A stretch of 64,000 nt of DNA, taken from the sequence record DRR723986_7955; one strand, given 5' to 3'. How positions within the stretch are numbered: position 1 is the stretch's first letter; each line of letters opens with the position of its first letter. The notes beneath the pieces were generated by a model that was not told where the DNA came from, made no database searches, and saw only the letters and a list, made by a program, of their open reading frames with translations. The position numbers were made by a program, and so were the translations under genes. Positions 27,755 to 37,516 of this stretch are shown piece by piece.

Positions 27755-28791
27755 TATTGTAAGTTAAAATTCCAGGTTTTATTTTTATCGTATTGCAAAG
27801 TACCATTTTTTACAATTAATGGCGAATCAAAGTTATTTGTAAATAAACTACCTGTTCCTAATCCTTGTGGCATCTTATTTTTTAAAATATAGGTCCATTG
27901 TGCAATAGCATTAAGTCCTACGTTACTTTCAAGCGCACTTGTTATCCACCATTTTACATTCAATTCCTCTGCAGTATTTATCCAATCTTTACTTCCGGAA
28001 AAACCACCTATTAAGCTTGGCTTTAAGATAATATATTGAGGTTTTATAGCAATTAACACCTCTTGTTTTTCTTCTTTCGAAAAAACACCAATCAATTCCT
28101 CGTCTAGCGCAATAGGCATAGGAGAGTTTTCACAAAGATGTGCCATTTCACTATACTGTTTTGGTTTAATTGGTTGCTCTATTGAATGTAGGTGATATTC
28201 TGATAATCGTTTTAACTTTTCTAATGCTTCACTCTGCGAAAATGCACCATTAGCATCTACTCTTAACTCTATATCTTTAACCGAGAATTCATTTCTTATA
28301 GATTTTAAAATATTTAACTCTGTTTCAAAATCTATAGCACCTATTTTAAGTTTTATACAATTAAAACCAGAGCTTATCTTTTCTTTAATCTGCTCACGCA
28401 TAAAAGTTTCGCTTCCCATCCATACCAAGCCATTAATTGAAATATCATCAATTCCATTGGTGAAATCTGATGGAAATAATTGAAACTTATTTGAACTCTC
28501 AATTGATTTAAATGCTGTTTCCAATCCAAACTGAATACTTGGAAATTCTATTAACTCATTTAATAACCATTCTAATCCTTTGTCAATATTAGCACAAACC
28601 CATTTTAAAGTATCTTGGTAATCGCCTCTGTCATCAATTGAAAGACCTCTTAGAATACCACATTCTCCAATACCTGTTTTATTACCATCGTTTAAAACAA
28701 TAAACCATGTTTCTTTTGTTTTCATTACACCTCTTGAGGTACCACTAGGACGTTTAAAATTAAGAATGTATTTCTTATAGCTCGCTTTCAT
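27754..28791 (-). CDS. menC: O-succinylbenzoate synthase
   Basis: Enolase superfamily: KLKIG, RVDANG, SIEQP, ALDEEL, ILKPSL, TSALES; men context. Confidence 0.88.
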   Translation of the reverse strand: MKASYKKYILNFKRPSGTSRGVMKTKETWFIVLNDGNKTGIGECGILRGLSIDDRGDYQDTLKWVCANIDKGLEWLLNELIEFPSIQFGLETAFKSIESSNKFQLFPSDFTNGIDDISINGLVWMGSETFMREQIKEKISSGFNCIKLKIGAIDFETELNILKSIRNEFSVKDIELRVDANGAFSQSEALEKLKRLSEYHLHSIEQPIKPKQYSEMAHLCENSPMPIALDEELIGVFSKEEKQEVLIAIKPQYIILKPSLIGGFSGSKDWINTAEELNVKWWITSALESNVGLNAIAQWTYILKNKMPQGLGTGSLFTNNFDSPLIVKNGTLQYDKNKTWNFNLQ

Positions 28792-28796
28792 GGCAT

Positions 28797-29486
28797 CTAA
28801 ATATTATGATGTAAACTAAACTGTAGTTGACCCTTTCCCCAATTGACAGTCTTTTGATTCATCCAACCAAATTGAACCCTAAATTTTGGATTTAACACAT
28901 ATCCTATACCTAAATAGGTTCTGTTTCTATCAAATAATTGAACACTTCTACCATCTCCAATTTCAGTTCCACCATTAATAAAAAGTTCATTGTACAAGGC
29001 TAAGTATATGGCCTTTTGTGTTAGCTCTTTACTATTTAATGGAATATTTAAAAACAGATTATAACGATACCGCGTTCTAAAATCTTGGTCTTCGACAAAG
29101 CGTTGCTCATATCTAAACCTATGTGTTAAATAAAACCGATTACCCAATTTTTGAGGAATTAGTGCTTCCTGATAAATTCTACTTTCGCCAGAAGTATCAT
29201 CATTTTCTCCATAAACACCAGTGGAAACATTTCCATAACCTAATGTAAACTTAACACCAGCATCTTTAGGAGAAAAGGTAATACCTGAGCGTAATAATAA
29301 TTGCTCCATATCTCCTAGCCCTTGCCAATCTCTATATTGGAAATCACCTTGAAATCCCCATTGACTTTCTTTAAACTGGTGACTAAAAAAATACATATAC
29401 CACGCACCTGTTTGAGACTCGTCTATTTGAGAAAATAAATTGCTAAAACCCAGAAATACTAGTAGTACAAAAATTTTAATTTTCAT
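28797..29486 (-). CDS. DUF2490-type outer-membrane beta-barrel protein
   Basis: Signal peptide, HRFRYEQR, RYRYNL, YNELF, FDRNR alternating-strand pattern. Confidence 0.72.
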   Translation of the reverse strand: MKIKIFVLLVFLGFSNLFSQIDESQTGAWYMYFFSHQFKESQWGFQGDFQYRDWQGLGDMEQLLLRSGITFSPKDAGVKFTLGYGNVSTGVYGENDDTSGESRIYQEALIPQKLGNRFYLTHRFRYEQRFVEDQDFRTRYRYNLFLNIPLNSKELTQKAIYLALYNELFINGGTEIGDGRSVQLFDRNRTYLGIGYVLNPKFRVQFGWMNQKTVNWGKGQLQFSLHHNI

Positions 29487-29581
29487 TCCCTATTGATTTA
29501 CATTAAGCTATAAAAATAAGCATCTACTTGTTGTTTTGCGATTAATTATTCTAAAAAAGTCCTATTTTTAAAGAAAAAATA

Positions 29582-30484
29582 ATGCCCGATTTCCCAAATA
29601 TAATTTTATATGCAATTCCATTTTTTATTGCTGCCATGTTACTAGAATTATATGTAACTACAAAACAGCATATTAAGACCTACGAAGCTAAGGACGCATT
29701 CTCATCTATTGCAATGGGTTTAGGTAATGTCATATTAGGGTTTGGCAGCAAAGCTTTGGTTTTAATCGTCTTTTTATGGATTTATAACAACTTTAGAATT
29801 TTCACCATACCTATAGCCTGGTGGTCCTTTATAGTGTTGTTTTTTGTAGATGATTTCTCTTACTATTGGTTTCACAGAATTTCACATGAATGCCGCTTGT
29901 TTTGGGCATCGCATGTAGTGCATCATTCTTCCCAGCACTATAATCTTAGTACTGCATTACGACAAACATGGTCTGGTGGATTTTATACATTTATTTTTTG
30001 GTTGTGGTTGCCATTATTAGGATTTCATCCTGCGATGATCTTATTGCAAATGTCCGTTAGTTTACTTTATCAATTTTGGATTCATACGGAAGCCATAAAT
30101 AAAATGCCAAAATGGTTTGAAGCTATTTTTAATACTCCATCACACCACAGAGTTCATCATGGAAGTAACCCTGTTTACTTAGATCGTAATCATGCAGGGA
30201 TTCTAATTATTTGGGATAAATTATTTGGTACATTTCAGCCAGAATTAGATTACGAAAAAGTGAATTTTGGTTTGGTAAAAAATATTAAAACTTTCAACCC
30301 CATTAAAATTGCATTTATTGAATGGTATTATATGTTTAAAGATGCATTTACAGGCAAAAAATCATTAAAAAACAGATTTTTATATTTAATAAAACCACCT
30401 GGATGGAAGCATGATGGTACTGGTAAAGTATCGGATAACTTGAGAGATGAATGGCTAAATTCTAAAAAATCATATGACGTATAA
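29582..30484 (+). CDS. Sterol desaturase/fatty acid hydroxylase family protein (alkylglycerol monooxygenase-like)
   Basis: His boxes YYWFHRISH, WASHVVHHSS, QFWIH, TPSHHRVHHG; NLSTALRQ. Confidence 0.88.
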   Translation: MPDFPNIILYAIPFFIAAMLLELYVTTKQHIKTYEAKDAFSSIAMGLGNVILGFGSKALVLIVFLWIYNNFRIFTIPIAWWSFIVLFFVDDFSYYWFHRISHECRLFWASHVVHHSSQHYNLSTALRQTWSGGFYTFIFWLWLPLLGFHPAMILLQMSVSLLYQFWIHTEAINKMPKWFEAIFNTPSHHRVHHGSNPVYLDRNHAGILIIWDKLFGTFQPELDYEKVNFGLVKNIKTFNPIKIAFIEWYYMFKDAFTGKKSLKNRFLYLIKPPGWKHDGTGKVSDNLRDEWLNSKKSYDV

Positions 30485-31265
30485 AAACAAGGTGATTTGG
30501 ATTACTGGTGCCTCAAGTGGTATAGGAAAAGCACTAGCACTTGAATTGTCTAAAACAAAATGTAAATTAATTCTATCATCTAGACGAAAGGATGCGCTAA
30601 CGGAGGTTAAGCGTCTGTGTAAATCCTCTGCTGAAATTAAAATATTACCGTTTGATTTGGCCGATTACGAACAGATGCCTAGCGTTTCTAAAAAGGCCAT
30701 CTCTTTTTTTAATAAAGTAGACATTCTCATTAACAATGGTGGTATAAGTCAGCGATCACTAATTATAAATACTGATATTTCGGTTGATAAAAAGCTTATG
30801 GACATAGACTACTTAGGCACAGTAGCCCTGTCTAAGGCTTTATTACCTCATTTTATCACCAATCAGTCTGGGCATTTTGTAACAGTGACTAGCTTAATGG
30901 GTAAGTTTAGTTCACCATACCGATCGGCTTATTGTGGTGCCAAACATGCGCTTCATGGGTTTTTTGATGCTTTGCGGATGGAACACGAAAAAGAGCATAT
31001 TAAGGTAACTATGATTTGCCCTGGTTTTGTAAATACAAATGTAGCTCGCAATGCTTTAATAGGAGATGGTAGTGTTCAAAATGAACAAGATAAAGCTACA
31101 GCAAATGGTCTAGAACCTTCCGAGTTTGCAACACGAATGCTAAGGGCAGTTAGAAAAGAAAAATTCGAAGCCTATATAGGTAAAAGTGAGGTAAAAGGCA
31201 TATACGTAAAGCGCTTCTTCCCTAAGTTACTGCATAAACTCGTTTTAAAAAGTCAGGTAAGGTAA
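30474..31265 (+). CDS. Short-chain dehydrogenase/reductase
   Basis: TGASSGIG, NNGG, YCGAK catalytic motif. Confidence 0.9.
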   Translation: MTYKNKVIWITGASSGIGKALALELSKTKCKLILSSRRKDALTEVKRLCKSSAEIKILPFDLADYEQMPSVSKKAISFFNKVDILINNGGISQRSLIINTDISVDKKLMDIDYLGTVALSKALLPHFITNQSGHFVTVTSLMGKFSSPYRSAYCGAKHALHGFFDALRMEHEKEHIKVTMICPGFVNTNVARNALIGDGSVQNEQDKATANGLEPSEFATRMLRAVRKEKFEAYIGKSEVKGIYVKRFFPKLLHKLVLKSQVR

Positions 31266-31297
31266 TATCAAATGGTATAAATACTTAAAGCTATAAT

Positions 31298-31972
31298 TTA
31301 AACTTCCATACTCTCACCAATACCGAGTAATTTTAGTGATTTCAATCTAGAGTCAAATTTTGCTTTAGCCTTAACCTTGTCAATTTCAATATAACCGAAG
31401 GTATCGTAATGATAACCTAAAACCTTGTGACAATCTACAAATTTACTTGCTAAAATGGCATCTTCTACACCCATAGTAAAGTTGTTACCTATAGGTAAAA
31501 CTGCCAAATCTAAATCAAATTCTTTACCTATTAATTTCATATCATAAGTTAATGCTGTATCACCAGCTATATAAATACATTTATCTGATTGAAGTACAAA
31601 TCCACCTGGATTTCCGCCATATTTACCATCTGGAAATGACGACGTATGAATAGCATTTACATATTTAAGTTTACCAAAATCAAATTGCCACGAACCGCCA
31701 TGATTCATTGGGTGTCCTTTTAATCCAAGATTTTGATAATGCATTACAATCTCGTAATTAGAAACAATAACAGCATCAGTTCTTCTTGCAATGGCTTCAA
31801 CATCTAAGGTGTGATCTTGATGTGCATGTGTTACTAAAATGTAATTTGCTGGTATATTATTAATATCTATATGAGAGGCTTTTTCATTACCAGAGATGAA
31901 TGGATCAACTAATATATTGAGGTCTTTAATTTGAATGCCTAAACAAGCGTGACCATAAAATGTTATTTTCAT
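31298..31972 (-). CDS. Metallo-beta-lactamase-fold hydrolase (UPF0173-like)
   Basis: FYGHAC, VDPFI, THAHQDH, AGDT, LPIG, HYDTF. Confidence 0.86.
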   Translation of the reverse strand: MKITFYGHACLGIQIKDLNILVDPFISGNEKASHIDINNIPANYILVTHAHQDHTLDVEAIARRTDAVIVSNYEIVMHYQNLGLKGHPMNHGGSWQFDFGKLKYVNAIHTSSFPDGKYGGNPGGFVLQSDKCIYIAGDTALTYDMKLIGKEFDLDLAVLPIGNNFTMGVEDAILASKFVDCHKVLGYHYDTFGYIEIDKVKAKAKFDSRLKSLKLLGIGESMEV

Positions 31973-32058
31973 TGTAATAATTCTAAGATTAGTTATAGCC
32001 TATAAAGTTACAAAATCTTTCAATCCTCAATCATTATTAAGCTTACTAAATAATGGTT

Positions 32059-32964
32059 TTAATAGAGTAAGTAACCAATGCCCAGAAGTAAGGCGTATAA
32101 AAAAGTAGACAAGGCTAAAACCTTTAGTTGTCCATCAAAATCATGATGATCTTTTGCATTTTTAATTTTTATAATGTGAAGCGTAAGAGGGATAAATGCC
32201 AAAAGATATAGAAAGTTATATGGCTCTACATAATATAGTAATGAAAACAATATGGTTATTACCATAGCACCTCCTATTAAGCAAAAATGATAATTTTTAG
32301 CTTGAGAAAGCCCTAATTTTACAGCCAAGGTAATTTTACCTGCATTTACATCTGAATTAATATCTCTCATATTATTGAGGTTCAAAACTCCTACGCTCAA
32401 TAAACCTAAAGCTATTGCAGGTAAAATAACAACATGATCTATAGTTTGAGTATAAAGCACATAACTGCCAATAGTGCTAAGCAATCCAAAAAATATAAAT
32501 ACAAAGACATCACCTAAAGCTCTATAACCATATGGCGAATCACCCATTGTATATTTTAAAGCAGCATAAACCGATAGTCCACCCAGAAAAATAAAAAGTA
32601 AAATAAATAGAAAATTGGTAGCGCCAAAAGCTAACCATATTAATGAAAGTGTTAGAAGGATAACCACAATGATATTAAATTTTATGGCATCTAACATCTC
32701 AGTTGGAGTTATTTCACCACTTTGAATTGCGCGTTGCGGCCCTAAACGTTCCTCATTGTCGGTACCTTTTACTCCATCGCCATAATCGTTGGCTAGATTA
32801 GACAGAATTTGTAAACTTATAGTTGTTAATATTGCAAATAATAACACCCATCCATCGAATCTGCCGTTATATGCTGCGAAACAACTACCTAAAATTATTC
32901 CAGATACTGATAATGGTAACGTTCTTAAGCGCATGGCTAATAACCATGGTCTAATTTTTCTCAT
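32059..32964 (-). CDS. menA: 1,4-dihydroxy-2-naphthoate polyprenyltransferase
   Basis: RLRTLPLS, NLANDYGDGVKGTD, NLNNMRD..SD...GKITLAV. Confidence 0.93.
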   Translation of the reverse strand: MRKIRPWLLAMRLRTLPLSVSGIILGSCFAAYNGRFDGWVLLFAILTTISLQILSNLANDYGDGVKGTDNEERLGPQRAIQSGEITPTEMLDAIKFNIIVVILLTLSLIWLAFGATNFLFILLFIFLGGLSVYAALKYTMGDSPYGYRALGDVFVFIFFGLLSTIGSYVLYTQTIDHVVILPAIALGLLSVGVLNLNNMRDINSDVNAGKITLAVKLGLSQAKNYHFCLIGGAMVITILFSLLYYVEPYNFLYLLAFIPLTLHIIKIKNAKDHHDFDGQLKVLALSTFLYALLLGIGYLLY

Positions 32965-32975
32965 CGATACTTATG

Positions 32976-33815
32976 TTAAGGAATCCATTTTTTAGGAAAG
33001 TTAGGCTTCCTTTTTTCTAAAAAAGCATCTCTGCCTTCTTTAGCTTCATCAGTCATATAGGCTAATCTGGTTGCTTCACCAGCAAAAACTTGCTGACCAA
33101 CCATACCGTCATCGGTAAGGTTCATCGCAAACTTTAGCATTTTAATAGATATTGGAGACTTTGCTAATATTTCTTGCGCCCATTCATAGGCTGTAGTTTC
33201 TAAATCATTATGAGGAATCACTGCATTAACCATACCCATTTCATGAGCTTCTTGCGCTGAATAGTTACGCCCTAAGAAAAAGATCTCTCTAGCTTTTTTC
33301 TGACCAACCATTTTAGCTAAATAAGCTGATCCATATCCACCATCAAAACTCGTTACATCAGCATCAGTCTGTTTAAAAATAGCATGTTCCTTACTCGCAA
33401 GAGTTAAATCACACACAACGTGAAGACTGTGTCCTCCACCTACAGCCCAACCAGGTACTACAGCGATTACTGCTTTGGGCATAAATCGGATTAAACGCTG
33501 TACTTCAAGTATATTTAAACGATGGTAACCATCCTCACCAACATATCCTTGATGCCCTCTAGCTTTTTGATCTCCTCCTGAGCAAAAACTCCAAATGCCA
33601 TCTTTAGAAGATGGCCCTTCTGCACTTAATAAAACGACACCAATATTTACATCTTCATTAGCATCATAGAATGCATCATAAAGTTCTGAGGTTGTTTTTG
33701 GACGAAATGCATTTCTTACATCCGGACGATTAAAAGCAATCCTTGCAACACCATTACATTTTGTATATGTAATATCCTCGTAAGTCTTTGCTACCTTCCA
33801 ATCTATCTGGCTCAT
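32976..33815 (-). CDS. menB: 1,4-dihydroxy-2-naphthoyl-CoA synthase
   Basis: NRPDVRNAF, FCSGGDQ, AVGGGHSLHVVCDLT, SFDGGYGS; ATG at 33815. Confidence 0.95.
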   Translation of the reverse strand: MSQIDWKVAKTYEDITYTKCNGVARIAFNRPDVRNAFRPKTTSELYDAFYDANEDVNIGVVLLSAEGPSSKDGIWSFCSGGDQKARGHQGYVGEDGYHRLNILEVQRLIRFMPKAVIAVVPGWAVGGGHSLHVVCDLTLASKEHAIFKQTDADVTSFDGGYGSAYLAKMVGQKKAREIFFLGRNYSAQEAHEMGMVNAVIPHNDLETTAYEWAQEILAKSPISIKMLKFAMNLTDDGMVGQQVFAGEATRLAYMTDEAKEGRDAFLEKRKPNFPKKWIP

Positions 33816-33933
33816 ATTTCTCAATAATTTGATTGCAAAAATAATGAATTAAATACAATGCTTTTATATCTGGAATTTGATTTGGAATAATTTTTAAACA
33901 ATAATATATTTGACCACCATTAATTAATATTTG

Positions 33934-34326
33934 ATGATTGAATTCCCTAATGATTATGGTCTCCTAAAAAGAGACTTTTCAATCGGTATAATATATTTTA
34001 ATAATTATTACGTTATTACCAATTTTAAAGAAGGTATTGATATAGACTATAACAGTTTTAAAGATGTTGGTAATTTTATTAGATCTCATTTTAATGGCAG
34101 AGCTTTTGGTTAAATAGCAAATAGAGAAAACTCCTATTCTATAAATCTCAAGGATGCTGAAGTTTTTAATAAAGCATTTCCAAATATTAAAGTCTATGTA
34201 ATTGTAATTTACAACACCTTTACCGAAAGGATTTTTGAAATTGAAAATCACTTTTTTCCTCAAAACAGAAAGGCATTCAAAAATATTAATGACGCTGTAA
34301 ATTGGGTGAGTGAAATATTGAATTAG
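33934..34326 (+). pseudogene. Small Flavobacteriaceae STAS/SpoIIAA-like protein, interrupted
   Basis: Single in-frame TAA at 34111-34113 in RAFG*IANRENSYS (family pattern FGYISNRxNSYS); the frame continues to ..AFKNINDAVNWVSEILN* at 34326; TATATTTG at 33905-33912. Confidence 0.7.
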
Positions 34327-35156
34327 TCTTTTAAATAAATACCATCTTCTTTTATTTCAATTCTACGGTCTTTGTATAAACTACCTACAGCTTTCTTGAA
34401 ACTCTTTTTACTCATCTGCAACATATCTTTTATCAAGGCAGGATCAGACTTGTCGTGGACAGGAAGAAAACCACTGTTATCCTCTAACTCATTCAAAATA
34501 TATTGTGCATTCGGTTCAATGTTTCTATAGCCTATTTGGCTTAATGAAATATCTAATTTGTTATCGTGACGCACTTTTTTTACAATTCCTTTTAGGCGAT
34601 CGCCTACACTAATATCCTTATAAATATCATCCTTAAAAACTAAACCTAAATGTCTTTTGTTTACAATAACATTCATGCCAATGTCAGAAGGATGAGAAAC
34701 AATGAGATCAACTTCATCAAACTGTGTTACTGTCAATTCTTTATTATCTAAAAAACGATTTGTTTTGCTTGAAGCAACTAATCGTTCTGTTTCATCATCT
34801 AAATAACAATGTACCAAATACCATCCGCCTGTTTTCATTTTAAACGCTTGTTCCTTAAAAGGACTGAACAATTCTTTAACTAAACCCCAATCTAAAAATG
34901 CACCAAAATTGGTCACTTGATTGCATCTTAAAAGTGCAAAATCCCCTTTTTTTATAAAAGGTTTATCTGTAGTTGCAACTGGTCTTTCTTCATTATCTAA
35001 ATAAACAAATACTTCAATTTTATCTCCTATTTCAAATTCTTCAGGTACATATCTGTTTGGTAACAAAACTTCGTTATCGTCTTTGTCACCTAAAAATAAG
35101 CCTGGTTCTGTATCTCTAAGAATTTCTAAAGTATTGTATTCGCCTAATTGTATCAT
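34323..35156 (-). CDS. CvfB-family S1 RNA-binding protein
   Basis: VLLPNRY, VFVYLD, GAFLDWGL, DKSDP, MSKKSFKKAVGSLYK winged-helix end. Confidence 0.87.
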   Translation of the reverse strand: MIQLGEYNTLEILRDTEPGLFLGDKDDNEVLLPNRYVPEEFEIGDKIEVFVYLDNEERPVATTDKPFIKKGDFALLRCNQVTNFGAFLDWGLVKELFSPFKEQAFKMKTGGWYLVHCYLDDETERLVASSKTNRFLDNKELTVTQFDEVDLIVSHPSDIGMNVIVNKRHLGLVFKDDIYKDISVGDRLKGIVKKVRHDNKLDISLSQIGYRNIEPNAQYILNELEDNSGFLPVHDKSDPALIKDMLQMSKKSFKKAVGSLYKDRRIEIKEDGIYLKD

Positions 35157-35160
35157 TGCG

Positions 35161-35168
35161 CAAAGGTA
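35161..35168 (-). promoter_or_regulatory. -7 element (TACCTTTG) directly upstream of the cvfB-like start
   Basis: CAAAGGTA on the + strand, 5 nt from the ATG at 35156. Confidence 0.5.
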
Positions 35169-35225
35169 GATATATTTTATATGTTTAAATGATTATTATC
35201 CTATAGATGGTAAAAGATTAAAAAT

Positions 35226-35259
35226 AAAAAAAGCGCAATAATTTAATTATTGCGCTTTT
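35226..35259 (-). terminator. Intrinsic terminator of the DUF2853 gene
   Basis: AAAAAAAGCGCAATAAT-TTA-ATTATTGCGCTTTT. Confidence 0.8.
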
Positions 35260-35278
35260 CTTTAATTTTATTTAATGT

Positions 35279-35620
35279 CTATTTATAAACAGACTCTTTT
35301 TTAAAATGCTTAGCTAATAAATAATAGATTACAGCTCTATACTTATTTCTATTAGAACGACCGTAAGTTTCAATAACAGAATCAATAGCTTTATCTAAAT
35401 CACCACTATCTTTAAGTCCTAATTTTTTAATTAAGAAATTATTTTTTACTGTTGCTAACTCTTTTTCGTCAGAACCAGAAACAGTAGCAGCATCTGCATT
35501 GTAAATTGAAGGCCCTAAACCAACAGTTACTTTAGTTAATAAATCCATATCTGGACTTACACCACACTTATCTTTTAAATCAGCCGTATATTTTGCGATT
35601 AAGTCGTCTCTTTTACTCAT
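35279..35620 (-). CDS. DUF2853 family protein
   Basis: LLTKVTVGLGPSIYNADA..VSGSD..EL.TVKNNFLIKKLGL, RNKYRAVIYYLL. Confidence 0.8.
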   Translation of the reverse strand: MSKRDDLIAKYTADLKDKCGVSPDMDLLTKVTVGLGPSIYNADAATVSGSDEKELATVKNNFLIKKLGLKDSGDLDKAIDSVIETYGRSNRNKYRAVIYYLLAKHFKKESVYK

Positions 35621-35724
35621 TTTATTATGTTTTAAGATTAAATTTATTTACCCATTAAAGGTAACTAATTTTTAGACACCTTAAAAGAGTGAAAGTCACT
35701 TCTTAAGAAATTTTTTTGAGGGTA

Positions 35725-37485
35725 TTATTTTATAAAATTAAAATAATTGAGAAGGATTTCGTCATTGATTCTTGATGGTGTAAATACCTCTAGTAATTTA
35801 GGATTCTTAGAAGTATCATAAAAGGTCTTTAGAGCCATATCTAAAGAATTCATATCATTTACACTAGTATACTCAAAGCCAAACATTTCGCATAATTGCT
35901 TCGCTGTTAAGTTATGTTTGGTTTCAAAATAAATGTCAAAATTATCTGTGTTTTTATGGCCTGGTAAAATTCTAAAAATTCCACCACCTTCATTATTTAT
36001 TAAAATAATTCTAAAGGTGTCACGTATATAATTATTCCAAAGTGCATTACTGTCATAAAAGAAACTTAAGTCACCTGTAATAAAAGTGGTCCTGTGCTTT
36101 ACAGCGACAGCCGCACCGATTGCAGTACTTGTACTACCATCTATTCCACTTGTGCCTCTATTGCAAAAAACCTCAATATCTTTTCTTAATTGAAACAGTT
36201 GTGTGTAGCGTATTGCAGAACTATTACCTACCTGTAACTGACTTTGCTTTGGTATACTTTTTAATATTAAATTAAAAACTGTAAAATCAGAAAATGGTAT
36301 CGCTTTTAGATAATCTTGATGCAAACGCCTCCTCTTTTTCCTTACCTCTAACCAAATTGATTTGTAATCACTCTTAGTATGATGAGTTATTTCTGGCAAA
36401 AAGTGTTCTAAAAAAGTATTTGGTTTTAGTTTGATATGCTTATCTAGACAAAAGAAGGTGTCATTTGCGTTCTGCAAGTCCACATGCCAATGATGTTTTG
36501 GTTGATAATTTCTTAAAAACGCTTTTATTTTTTTTGAAACAACAAGACCACCCATTGTTAAAAGTAAATCTGGCTGTAAGGCCTTAAAATTCTCTGTATT
36601 TAACGGTGCAATGATTTTATCTATACCAGGGAAAAAGTCTGGATGATGCAAATTTGATGTTGTTTCTGTAAACACCAGAACACTATCGTCATCTGCAATC
36701 TCATTAATCCACTTCTCTTCAATTGAATTTGGTTGAAGAACACCAACTAATATCATTTTACGCTTAGCATTTTGCCAAACATTGATTAAACTCTTTATTT
36801 CAAAGTCATCTATTTTTTCAGTTAGACTTTTAATTTGAAAAGGCTTTGGATTAATACCTAATTCTTCTACCACTTCATACAATGGTTCATCAAATGGGAT
36901 ATTTACATGTACAGGGCCATTTTTTAATCTTGCAATCGATAAGGCATCGTGTATTTCAGATTCATTAAAAGTTTGAATATCTTTCTGTATACCAAGAAAG
37001 CGCTCTAATTTGTTCTCTAAATTTTTAAATATTGGCAAATCATCACCTTCTGTTAGATTATCGTCCTCTTTAATATCTAACTTTAGATTGGTACTGTATA
37101 ACACATGATCTCCATATATATTTTTTTGTTTTATGGTTTGTCCGTCACCAATATCTACTAGATGCTTTGGGCGATCTGCAGATAATGCTACAATAGGAAT
37201 GTTGCTGTAAAAAGCTTCGGAAATCGCTGGATAATAATTAAGTAACGCACTACCAGAGGTACAAACAATAGCTGCTGGCTCCCTTAATTGTTGGGCAATA
37301 CCTAAGGCAAAAAATGCCGCACAACGCTCGTCTACAATACTATAAGTTGAGAAAAAATCATCATTTGTAAAACCTATAGTCAATGGGGCGTTACGACTGC
37401 CAGGTGAAATAACAATGTGCTTTATATTATGCGATTTGCATAAGGTTACGACAGTTTGTGACAAGGGTATTTTTGAGTATCTCAT
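35725..37485 (-). CDS. menD: SEPHCHC synthase
   Basis: ISPGSRNAPL, VDERCAAFFALG, CTSGSA, NRGTSGIDG, GDLSFFYD, NNEGGGIF; TATCTTTG upstream (37494-37501). Confidence 0.94.
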   Translation of the reverse strand: MRYSKIPLSQTVVTLCKSHNIKHIVISPGSRNAPLTIGFTNDDFFSTYSIVDERCAAFFALGIAQQLREPAAIVCTSGSALLNYYPAISEAFYSNIPIVALSADRPKHLVDIGDGQTIKQKNIYGDHVLYSTNLKLDIKEDDNLTEGDDLPIFKNLENKLERFLGIQKDIQTFNESEIHDALSIARLKNGPVHVNIPFDEPLYEVVEELGINPKPFQIKSLTEKIDDFEIKSLINVWQNAKRKMILVGVLQPNSIEEKWINEIADDDSVLVFTETTSNLHHPDFFPGIDKIIAPLNTENFKALQPDLLLTMGGLVVSKKIKAFLRNYQPKHHWHVDLQNANDTFFCLDKHIKLKPNTFLEHFLPEITHHTKSDYKSIWLEVRKKRRRLHQDYLKAIPFSDFTVFNLILKSIPKQSQLQVGNSSAIRYTQLFQLRKDIEVFCNRGTSGIDGSTSTAIGAAVAVKHRTTFITGDLSFFYDSNALWNNYIRDTFRIILINNEGGGIFRILPGHKNTDNFDIYFETKHNLTAKQLCEMFGFEYTSVNDMNSLDMALKTFYDTSKNPKLLEVFTPSRINDEILLNYFNFIK

Positions 37486-37516
37486 CTAAGAGACAAAGAT
37501 AATGAATCTCGGCATT

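Noticed and set aside
33979-34263. 94-aa minus-strand ORF
   Set aside because: Antisense to the interrupted + strand gene, which has the recognisable family motif and a promoter box.
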